Origin: Minisyncoccota bacterium
Lineage (GTDB): Bacteria; Patescibacteriota; Minisyncoccia; Phycocordibacterales; JBBDKB01
DNA: 39,557 nucleotides
Direction: 5' to 3'
Assembly (NCBI GenBank): GCA_040879605.1
Contig: JBBDKB010000007.1
Coordinates: forward strand, 1 to 39,557
Positions 26,857 through 33,946 of this stretch are shown here, piece after piece. Every line of letters starts with the position of its first letter. Position 1 is the stretch's first letter. A program made the position numbers and the translations under genes. The notes under the pieces were generated by a model. That model was given only the letters and a program-made list of their open reading frames with translations. It did no database searches and was not told where the DNA came from.

Positions 26857-27225
26857 TCAACTAATTTTAGTGATTTTTACCTTCGTGTAAGGCTGTCGAT
26901 GCCCTTTGTTTTTGAAGTATCGGCTCTTCGAGCGAAACTTAATTACTGAAATTTTCTTGTCTCTACCTTCTTCTTGAAATTCTGCTTCTACTTTTGCTCC
27001 TTTTACATACGGATCACCTACTTTGGTGCCTTTTCCGTCATCAGTCAAAAGCACGCTCTCAAAGGCGATTTTATCGCCTTTCTTGTATTCTCCCCCTTTC
27101 AGAGGAGAAAGCCTCTCAATGCTCAAAACATCGCCTTCGGCGACCTTATACTGCTTCCCCCCTGTCTCAATTACTGCAAAATTTACCCCGTCAGAAATGC
27201 TAGCTTTTTTTGTAGTTTCAACCAT
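26857..27225 (-). CDS. rplU: 50S ribosomal protein L21
   Basis: 'FAVIETGGKQYKVAEGDVLSIERL...' and 'KFRSKSRYFKNKGHRQPYTKVKI' are canonical L21. It has a short N-terminal extension. Confidence 0.93.
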   Translation of the reverse strand: MVETTKKASISDGVNFAVIETGGKQYKVAEGDVLSIERLSPLKGGEYKKGDKIAFESVLLTDDGKGTKVGDPYVKGAKVEAEFQEEGRDKKISVIKFRSKSRYFKNKGHRQPYTKVKITKIS

Positions 27226-27338
27226 GTTGTTTAAATATATTTTTGACCATCCCAGCGCCTCGTTTAGGCATTTCTATTGGGGGCCATAGTCCGAAAATAG
27301 TACCAGAATGAGCCCAAAAATCAAGTCTAGGTCACTAC

Positions 27339-27366
27339 TTGACAAAATAGCTAACTCCTGTATACT
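27339..27366 (+). promoter_or_regulatory. Near-consensus sigma70-type promoter TTGACA-N16-TATACT
   Basis: TTGACA 27339-27344 and TATACT 27361-27366. No protein gene lies downstream on this strand. Confidence 0.6.
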
Positions 27367-27372
27367 GCCTTC

Positions 27373-27820
27373 GTGGTGTCCTTAATATCTAGCGGGCCCC
27401 GGGGACACCTCAAGAAAGAGGGGCCGACTGCACACCCGGCGTGCAGCAAGAAGCGTTTTTTCTCTATTGGGCAAAGTTGTGTGCGTCAAAGTCGGGAAAC
27501 CACGTGACTTTGCCCAGCTTTTCAGCCTGCGGAACTATTGCCTCCTCTCCGGTACAGAGGCAAATTATAAGCAGGCAACGCTCACCCCTCCGCACCTGAG
27601 ATGGAGAAGCGGGGTGAGAGGGCCTTGACTGGTCTATTAGCGGCCAGTCAAGAAGATGTTGGGAAGCTCTTATGCAACCTGGAGGCCCAACATTTATGGA
27701 GGTTGCCCGCGCTTTCTAGCGGCGCGTGTATACAGTGTTAGGAGGAAGCTCTCGGGTGTGCTAGACACCATGATCTTCCTCCCCCCAACGCGGTTCGGCT
27801 TCGGTCGGACCCGTTTTTTT
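27373..27820 (+). ncRNA. ~450-nt structured non-coding RNA locus. Family unassigned; RNase P RNA (rnpB) is the main known alternative.
   Basis: Bounded by the promoter above and by the terminator GGTTCGGC-TTCG-GTCGGACC+T7 (27792-27820). It is ORF-poor and G+C-richer than the flanks, with at least 8 consecutive 6-11-bp helices and one crossing (pseudoknot) pair. CAAAGTCGGG (27487-96) and TTCGGCTT-CGGTC (27794-27806) resemble RNase P CR-I/CR-V and are complementary ~300 nt apart, but the fit is imperfect. Confidence 0.5.
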
Positions 27821-28874
27821 ATTCCTCGTCCTTATTTGGCTTCTCAAGTAAGTTTGTCTCTACTCCGACTTTTTCGCCAGTAATGCGATAGACATCTTTA
27901 TCAATCTTTCCAAGCTCTTTGTAGGCACTGTTATAGTGAGAAACAGTTGTACCGAGGGAGACACCAAGTTTTTTATAAAATTCTTCGTAGGAGCCCAAAT
28001 GCTTTCCAAGTTCTCCAACACGTTTTTGAATCTCCTCGGCTTTCTCCTCAATTTGCATCGCCTTCAATCCTTGCAACACTGTTTGAAGGTATGCCAAGAA
28101 TGAAGTTGGCGAAACAATGATTACCTTGTATCTCCCTGCCGCTCTCTGAATAAGGTTTTCATCTTCTACCACTCCAACTTGGTTCGTAAGAAGGTCATAG
28201 TAAATTGCTTCTGATGGAATGAACATAAATGCAAAATCCATCGTCCCCTCCTCTGGGCGAATATACTTTGCGGTCTCCTGAATACGGAGCTTCAAATCAT
28301 TTACAAAAGCTTTTTCAAGAGCTGGCTTCTCACTCTCCGGCGCATTCACTAAACGATTATAATTTTCAAGAGAAAACTTTGAATCAATTGGCACAATTTT
28401 CTTATTTACAAAAACAGCGGCATCCACGATTTCTCCATTTGAAAATGGATACTGAATCTTATACATCGTAGGTGGCAAGACATTCTTGAGCACGGTCTCC
28501 AAATAGTACTCACCGAGCACCCCGCGCTGCTTTGGATTCTTCAGAATATCTTGGAGCCCTTTTAACTGCTCAGCAAACCCTTGCGTTTGCCTTCCAATTT
28601 CTTTCACGCTTGTAACCTCTTGTGTTATCTCTTTAATCAAGCGAGAGGATTCTGAAAATTGCCGATCAGCGTGCTCGTGCATTGTCTTACTCGTCTCTCC
28701 CAATCGCTTATCGACGGTTTCAGAGAGATTCTGAAGTTGTTGCTGGATGAGAAGCGAATTTTCTGAAGTTCCTCCTTCTCCCTTCAAGCGTCTATATACA
28801 AATAAAAGGAATGCCCCGTTGAGAAGAATAAGAATGGGAATTCCGATCAAAATGAGTGTTGAAGTGGCTTCCAT
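27819..28874 (-). CDS. rmuC: DNA recombination protein RmuC
   Basis: N-terminal TM, long coiled-coil, and a C-terminal RmuC nuclease-like region ('FAFMFIPSEAIYYDLL', 'KVIIVSPTSFLAYLQTV'). Confidence 0.9.
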   Translation of the reverse strand: MEATSTLILIGIPILILLNGAFLLFVYRRLKGEGGTSENSLLIQQQLQNLSETVDKRLGETSKTMHEHADRQFSESSRLIKEITQEVTSVKEIGRQTQGFAEQLKGLQDILKNPKQRGVLGEYYLETVLKNVLPPTMYKIQYPFSNGEIVDAAVFVNKKIVPIDSKFSLENYNRLVNAPESEKPALEKAFVNDLKLRIQETAKYIRPEEGTMDFAFMFIPSEAIYYDLLTNQVGVVEDENLIQRAAGRYKVIIVSPTSFLAYLQTVLQGLKAMQIEEKAEEIQKRVGELGKHLGSYEEFYKKLGVSLGTTVSHYNSAYKELGKIDKDVYRITGEKVGVETNLLEKPNKDEE

Positions 28875-28898
28875 AAGTCTATTTTAGCACTTGCTTCC

Positions 28899-28952
28899 AT
28901 AAACAGAAACCGCCCCGCATAGGAACCAACAGGGCGGTTCCTAGGCGGGGCG
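28899..28952 (-). terminator. Long compound hairpin terminator after the 28953-29222 gene
   Basis: CGCCCCGC-CT-AGGAACC-N8-GGTTCCT-AT-GCGGGGCG on the minus strand, followed by GTTTCTGTTTAT. Confidence 0.7.
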
Positions 28953-29222
28953 CTACTGAAGCTGCCACTTCAGAAAAATCACCGCGGTGCAATGTTGGTG
29001 TGGAAGCTCATCCACCATGTCAAGCTCCTTGAGACGAACATAGATGGTGGAGTCTTCTTCGTAGGGGTTCTTCCCCACCCACGAGATTGTGTACACTTCC
29101 CCTTTTTTGATTCCCATTTCCGAGGCATACTCCTCGGGGAAATCTTCCCGCAAGACGACAGTGTCTCCGATCTCGAAGTTGTCCTGTAAAGGAACAAAAG
29201 ACGTATTCATCATACCCTCCAC
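28953..29222 (-). CDS. Hypothetical 89-aa protein
   Basis: Clean ORF downstream of the ATPase gene on the same strand (...IGDTVVLREDFPEEYASEMGIKKGEVYTISWVG...). No family recognised. Confidence 0.5.
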   Translation of the reverse strand: MEGMMNTSFVPLQDNFEIGDTVVLREDFPEEYASEMGIKKGEVYTISWVGKNPYEEDSTIYVRLKELDMVDELPHQHCTAVIFLKWQLQ

Positions 29223-29265
29223 TAGCTTTCTAGATCATAATGCTCACTACTCACGACTATGTCAA

Positions 29266-31944
29266 CTACACCACCCTTTTCTTCTCAAATATGAAGTATT
29301 TGACGACCTCAATGACCAAGAGATTGAAGAGCCCTATAAGAAGAAGGAAGCCAAACTCAATCGGCGTTGGCGTGGTAAGCGAGAGAAGGGCTTGAAGTGG
29401 GGGTAAGGTAAGTGTGCCGATCAAGATTGTGATGCTAATAAAGAGTGATACGAGCAGAAGCTTGTTTGAAAAGATATTGATCTTCCAAATTGGCGCCTCA
29501 AGATTTTTGATTGAAAATGCAAAGAAGATTGCATCAAGTGAGAGTGAGGCGAACATAAGCGTGCGCACTTCCTCAATCGGCAGATCAAGTTGAAGCAAAA
29601 TGAAATAAAGTCCGACCAAAAAAATTCCTGTCACCGCACTAATTATGAAAATGAGTTTCTTAAGCGCCGGTGTCATGATGTTCGTCGCTCTACTTGATGA
29701 GGGTTTTCGCCTCATAAGGCCTTTACTCTTTGGCTCAAATGCAAAAGGGAAACTCATTGTGCCCTCTTCAATAATGTTTGCCCAAAGAATCTGCGTCGGC
29801 AAAAGAGGCAAAGGCGCTCCCGCGACAAGCGCGGCGCCAATCACAAACACTTCCGAAAAACTTGTCGAAAGAAGGTATGCGATGATTTTCTTCAAATTAT
29901 CAACAATCTTTCTCCCCTCTTCAATTGCGGCAACAATAATAGAGAAGCTGTTGTCCAAAAGAATGATGTCGGAAGCCGCTTTTGCAACCTCCGTGCCGCT
30001 CCCCACGGCAACACCAATATTCGCCCTCTGCAAGGCCGGCGCATCGTTGATACCGTCTCCTGTCATCGCGACGATCTCTCCTTTTCCTTGCAGTACTTCT
30101 GCAATGCGAAGTTTCTGCTTTGGAGTTGCCCGAGCAAACGCATCAGTCATATTGATGAGACGAATAAGGTCTTGATCGCTCTCGCACTCATCAACCGTAC
30201 TTCCCAAGCGAACCCTCGTTTGATCCTTTGTGATGCCGACCGCTTTTGCAACAGCAAAAGCGGTTCCTGCATTGTCGCCTGTTACCATCAAAACTCTCGC
30301 CCCCGCGCCTTTCACTTTTGAAATGGCCTCGGCAACATCCAAACGAACCGGATCAGAAAATGCGAGAAGCCCAGCGAGCACCACATCCTCCAGCACTTCA
30401 TTATGCTCGTTTTCTCTTCCAGTAGCCTCACTTGAGATCTTCTCTTCCTTCGTGTCTTTGTAGGCAACAGCAATAAAGCGCATACCTTCACGAGTCTTCG
30501 TATCAAGCGCAAGATAAAAAGCATCTTTATCTTTTTGTGAAAAATTGATCGCTTTTCCATTTGAGAGCACCCTCTTTACTTTTTCAAGTATAAGCTCAGG
30601 CGCTCCAGTGATGTACATTCTGTTTCCATTTCCTTCAGGATGCCTATTGAGAGATGCCGCAAAACGTCGAGAAGACTGGAATTTTAAGAAATCAATCCGC
30701 TCCTCTTTCTCAAAAAGCTTCTCCTGTGAGCACCCTTCCTCAAGACCTTTCAAAATGATTGCTTTTTCAATTGGTCTCCCATGCACCACGACCTTTTCTT
30801 CTCCTTCTTTCTTGCTTTCATCACGCTCGATGAATGCGTCCGATGCAAGCACCGCCATCTTGAGGAGCGTCTCGTTATCAGGATGCGTGTGGTTACCCGT
30901 TGCCACGGCGTTTCTTGAATAGAGCGAGTGAAGCTGCATGCGCGCCTCCGTGAGCGTACCGGTTTTATCGGTAAGGACGATAGTAGTCGCTCCGAGTGTC
31001 TCGGCAGCAAGCAAATTCCGCACCAGACCGCCTTTCTTCAAAATAGATTCCATTCCAATCGCAAGCACCACAGTAACAGCCGCAGGCAATCCTGCGGGAA
31101 TAGTGGCAACAGCAAGTGCGATTGCAATTAGAAAGACCTCCGCAAGCGACTCGCCGCGAGCAATCCCTAAGACAGCGATGATGAGAACCGCTGTCAGTAT
31201 TATGTAAAGAAGAAAGCGTGCGAGCCGCTCAACGCTCTTTTGAAGCGGTGTTGATTCTTCCTCTATCGTAGAGAGACTCTCCGCAATTTTTCCAATCTCA
31301 GTTTTATCTCCTGTTGCAATAACAATTCCCTTCCCCATCCCCGTTGTCACCAAGGTTCCCATCCATGCCATGTTGAAGCGCTCCGCAAGTGGTCTTCCTT
31401 TCTCCATCACTTTTGTTTCCTTCCCGACGGGAAGCCACTCTCCGGTAAGCGGTGCCTCGTTTATTGAAAGCTCGTTTGTTGATGAGAGTCTTACATCAGC
31501 CGGCACAGCGTAGCCCGCCTCAAGAAGTACAACATCTCCCACAACGAGATGCTTCGCATCAATCATCTGCTTCTTTCCATCACGCAGTACCACCGCTCTT
31601 CTCTCTTGTGAGGCATTAAGTTTTTCAAACGCTTTGCTTGCTCTTTGCTCTTGAAACACACCGACAACAACATTGATGCCAAGAGCTGCAAACACAACAA
31701 GTGCATCAAGGTATTCTTGCAAGAAAAGAGTCGCCACACCCGCACCCAGAAGAATGAGCACGAGCGGGCTTTTTATTTGCTTGAAAATCTTGCCCCATAG
31801 CGTGATTTGCTTTCCCGGTTTAAAGGCGTTTTCTCCATCACGCGCAAGTCTTGATACAACATCGTCTCTTGAGAGTCCCTCGGTAAGACTTGTTTCAAGA
31901 TCAAAACGTATGTCTTCAATTTCTTTTGTCTCCCACGCAGTCAT
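29266..31944 (-). CDS. P-type cation-transporting ATPase (type II, Ca2+/Mg2+-ATPase-like)
   Basis: 'VLTDKTGTLTEA' phosphorylation site, 'TGEWLPV', 'MVTGDNAGTA', and 'MTGDGINDAPALQRANIGVAVG' hinge, with 10 predicted TMs. Start set at ATG 31944 (MTAWETKEIEDI). Confidence 0.92.
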   Translation of the reverse strand: MTAWETKEIEDIRFDLETSLTEGLSRDDVVSRLARDGENAFKPGKQITLWGKIFKQIKSPLVLILLGAGVATLFLQEYLDALVVFAALGINVVVGVFQEQRASKAFEKLNASQERRAVVLRDGKKQMIDAKHLVVGDVVLLEAGYAVPADVRLSSTNELSINEAPLTGEWLPVGKETKVMEKGRPLAERFNMAWMGTLVTTGMGKGIVIATGDKTEIGKIAESLSTIEEESTPLQKSVERLARFLLYIILTAVLIIAVLGIARGESLAEVFLIAIALAVATIPAGLPAAVTVVLAIGMESILKKGGLVRNLLAAETLGATTIVLTDKTGTLTEARMQLHSLYSRNAVATGNHTHPDNETLLKMAVLASDAFIERDESKKEGEEKVVVHGRPIEKAIILKGLEEGCSQEKLFEKEERIDFLKFQSSRRFAASLNRHPEGNGNRMYITGAPELILEKVKRVLSNGKAINFSQKDKDAFYLALDTKTREGMRFIAVAYKDTKEEKISSEATGRENEHNEVLEDVVLAGLLAFSDPVRLDVAEAISKVKGAGARVLMVTGDNAGTAFAVAKAVGITKDQTRVRLGSTVDECESDQDLIRLINMTDAFARATPKQKLRIAEVLQGKGEIVAMTGDGINDAPALQRANIGVAVGSGTEVAKAASDIILLDNSFSIIVAAIEEGRKIVDNLKKIIAYLLSTSFSEVFVIGAALVAGAPLPLLPTQILWANIIEEGTMSFPFAFEPKSKGLMRRKPSSSRATNIMTPALKKLIFIISAVTGIFLVGLYFILLQLDLPIEEVRTLMFASLSLDAIFFAFSIKNLEAPIWKINIFSNKLLLVSLFISITILIGTLTLPPLQALLSLTTPTPIEFGFLLLIGLFNLLVIEVVKYFIFEKKRVV

Positions 31945-31952
31945 TTTATCTA

Positions 31953-32032
31953 GTATACCCCCACACCATTCTTTAGCTGGCGTTTGCGCGTCCACATTGG
32001 TGGACAAACTAAAGAATGGTGTGAGGGTATAC
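31953..32032. promoter_or_regulatory. 24-bp inverted repeat (23/24) flanking a central palindrome in the divergent ATPase / gatB-yqeY control region
   Basis: GTATACCCCCACACCATTCTTTAG (31953-76) and CTAAAGAATGGTGTGAGGGTATAC (32009-32). Central GTCCAC-ATTG-GTGGAC (31990-32005). Each arm carries a TATAC(T/C) -10-like box pointing outward. Confidence 0.5.
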
Positions 32033-32082
32033 CAGTGAAAGAAATCTGTTGCGCTTCTTCCTGTGTGTTGTATGATTTCCTC

Positions 32083-32532
32083 ATGCATGAACAGCTAAAA
32101 AGTGAACTGAAAGAGAGGATGAAGGCACGGGACACGCTAAGAGTAACCGTGATCAGAGGAATTCTTTCAGCGTTTACAAATGAAGCGGTAACCCTAAAGC
32201 GGAAGCCAGATGCTCTTCTTTCGGATGAAGAAGCGCTTACTGTAATTGCGCGTGCCGCAAAACAAAGGAAAGACTCCATTGAACAATACGAGAAGGGCGG
32301 CCGTCCTGAACTTGCTGAGGCAGAAAAAGAAGAGCTCCAGATTATTGAGAGCTACCTTCCTCAAATGATGAGCCAAGATGAAATCCGCCCACTTGCAGAG
32401 AAAAGAAAAGAAGAACTTGGTGTCGACGACAAGTCGAAAGCCGGCATGTTAATGGGAGCACTCATGAAAGACCTCAAAGGCAAAGCAGATGGAACTGATG
32501 TCAAAGCCATCGTCGATGAACTCCTCTCCTAA
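32083..32532 (+). CDS. GatB/YqeY domain protein
   Basis: 'LKERMKARDTLRVTVIRGILSAF...AKQRKDSIEQYEKGGRPELAEAEKEELQIIESYLP' matches the YqeY family over its whole ~149 aa. Confidence 0.85.
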   Translation: MHEQLKSELKERMKARDTLRVTVIRGILSAFTNEAVTLKRKPDALLSDEEALTVIARAAKQRKDSIEQYEKGGRPELAEAEKEELQIIESYLPQMMSQDEIRPLAEKRKEELGVDDKSKAGMLMGALMKDLKGKADGTDVKAIVDELLS

Positions 32533-32591
32533 TATTTAATAATAAGAAGCACTTGAGGAGTGCTGAAAGACCTCCCCAAAACTACACAATA

Positions 32592-32635
32592 GAAATAACA
32601 TATCAACAAACTCCAGTTTGTTGATATGTTATTTC
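32592..32635. repeat. 44-nt perfect palindrome (21-bp arms) at the 3' end of the ArsR-like gene; likely bidirectional terminator
   Basis: GAAATAACATATCAACAAACT-CC-AGTTTGTTGATATGTTATTTC. It contains the gene's TAA stop. Its core is identical to 32929-32964. Confidence 0.7.
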
Positions 32636-32889
32636 GAATGTTGGAAGTGTTTTAAGAACTTCACAAACGCTTTTCCGTATGGCGACAAAGCATGCTCAAC
32701 AAATCTCCCCTTGTATTGCTTGTTTACAAGACCCGCATAGTGTAACCGTCGTGTATGCTCCCCAATTGTTCTTGAATCAGCGTCAAGTAGCTCAATAATT
32801 CCTTCGAGCGTAAGCACACCGTGTTCGGCAAGAACAAGCAAAATATTAATACGATGGTGATTTGCGATCCCCTTCAAATGGCGCTCCAT
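32629..32889 (-). CDS. ArsR/SmtB-family winged-helix transcriptional regulator (start uncertain: ATG 32889, GTG 32916 or ATG 32934)
   Basis: 'HLKGIANHHRINILLVLAEHGVLTLEGIIELLDADSRTIGEHTRRLHYAGLVNKQYKGRFV' follows the ArsR HTH pattern (RxxIL...L.....s.s..H...L..aGLV). Confidence 0.8.
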   Translation of the reverse strand: MERHLKGIANHHRINILLVLAEHGVLTLEGIIELLDADSRTIGEHTRRLHYAGLVNKQYKGRFVEHALSPYGKAFVKFLKHFQHSK

Positions 32890-32928
32890 TTGCTTTGCTG
32901 TTTTTAACTTTTCCACACCCCCAGTATA

Positions 32929-32964
32929 CAACATATCAACAAACTGGAGTTTGTTGATATGTTG
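32929..32964. promoter_or_regulatory. 36-nt perfect palindrome (17-bp arms) immediately upstream of a TATACT box of the ArsR-like gene; candidate operator
   Basis: CAACATATCAACAAACT-GG-AGTTTGTTGATATGTTG. On the minus strand it is directly followed by TATACT (32928-32923). Confidence 0.55.
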
Positions 32965-33041
32965 TGGAGGGGATGTAATTTTAAGAGGCTGTGTAAAAAT
33001 GTGACGAAGTATTTCCAAGCTCCTGAACCATTACGGTAGGG

Positions 33042-33070
33042 TTGACATACAATTATTTTTGTGATAGAAA
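33042..33070 (+). promoter_or_regulatory. Promoter TTGACA-N17-(TGa)TAGAAA for the three-gene small-ORF operon
   Basis: TTGACA 33042-47, an extended -10 TG at 33062-63, and TAGAAA 33065-70. The ATG lies ~30 nt downstream. Confidence 0.55.
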
Positions 33071-33105
33071 TGAGCTAGCTTTGCAACTTGAAAAGGGAAC
33101 AGACA

Positions 33106-33387
33106 ATGTCCAACTTCCTCGTCTTGTACGAGGGGAAGGCACACCAACTCCACTCACCCATGCTCAAAAAAATCATTGGGGATGTGGAGGAAGAGTTTGA
33201 AGTCACGCTCGATCCGGGCATCATCGCTCGGATCTGGAAAAGGCTCCATGAGGCCTACAAGCTAGGTTTCCTCGACGCAGAAGTCGAGGCGGTATGGAAC
33301 TGGCTTGACCGCGAGGTCAAGAATCCAGAGCCCTACCAGAAACTCGTGGAGATTTACACTGACTCGGAGGAGAAAGCAGATGAATAA
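33106..33387 (+). CDS. Hypothetical acidic 93-aa protein
   Basis: ATG 33106 preceded by AAGGGA. Protein-like composition, no family recognised. Confidence 0.5.
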   Translation: MSNFLVLYEGKAHQLHSPMLKKIIGDVEEEFEVTLDPGIIARIWKRLHEAYKLGFLDAEVEAVWNWLDREVKNPEPYQKLVEIYTDSEEKADE

Positions 33388-33622
33388 TCTGACAATTGAC
33401 TCCTGGTCAGAGCTCATCCAGGAGATTCGCCGGTCCTGCGACGAGGTGTACCTCGTCGCGGCAGGCCCGGGCGTTCACTTCTACTTTGCTCTGCGTGACA
33501 AAGTGGTAGTACGAAAGTGGATGCAGAACTATTCTGGGGGACTCGTCTCCGAAGAACTCAAGGCAGGCGCGCAGAAGCGCGCCGAAGAAATCCTGCTCGA
33601 GAGAAAGCAGAAAGTTGCCTAA
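33380..33622 (+). CDS. Hypothetical 80-aa protein
   Basis: ATG 33380 preceded by GGAGGAG. ATGAATAA overlap with the upstream stop. No family recognised. Confidence 0.5.
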   Translation: MNNLTIDSWSELIQEIRRSCDEVYLVAAGPGVHFYFALRDKVVVRKWMQNYSGGLVSEELKAGAQKRAEEILLERKQKVA

Positions 33623-33668
33623 AGGTAGAACACACCATGAGACTCTTCCCCAGCAAGAGGAGAAGCTC

Positions 33669-33896
33669 ATGAGAAAAGTCACGTTAAGTGACATCGCTAC
33701 TCATGCGGCTGCGTGGGCGGCGAAACAACAAATAGGCTGGCATTCCGGAGTGCGAGTCTATCTCAACACCAACCATCCGGAGCTCACCTACGACGAGCGC
33801 GGAACAGTATTCTCAATACTGCGCCGGCGTAGGAAGAAGAGCAAGAAGCTTGAGCGAAGGAAAGAGATAACACACCAGCTCAAGCTCGATCTATAG
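33669..33896 (+). CDS. Hypothetical 75-aa protein with a strongly basic C-terminal tail
   Basis: ATG 33669 preceded by AGAGGAGAA. Tail 'RRRRKKSKKLERRKE'. No family recognised. Confidence 0.45.
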   Translation: MRKVTLSDIATHAAAWAAKQQIGWHSGVRVYLNTNHPELTYDERGTVFSILRRRRKKSKKLERRKEITHQLKLDL

Positions 33897-33897
33897 T

Positions 33898-33937
33898 GAG
33901 CCGCGTTTTCTGGAGGAAAACGCGGCTCTGTTGTTTT
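33898..33937. terminator. Bidirectional intrinsic terminator
   Basis: GAGCCGCGTTTTC-TGGAG-GAAAACGCGGCTC followed by TGTTGTTTT. Confidence 0.8.
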
Positions 33938-33946
33938 AATAAGAGA

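Noticed and set aside
27373-27820. tmRNA, because of the serial hairpins and a pseudoknot.
   Set aside because: No tRNA-like 3' end and no partner for a 5' GGGG acceptor could be found. The frames starting at GCA/GCN codons do not give a plausible degradation tag.
27656-27883. 75-aa plus-strand ORF crossing the ncRNA 3' part and terminator.
   Set aside because: It runs through an intrinsic terminator and into the convergent rmuC gene. It has no SD, and its Arg/Leu/Ser-rich composition is typical of structured-RNA regions.
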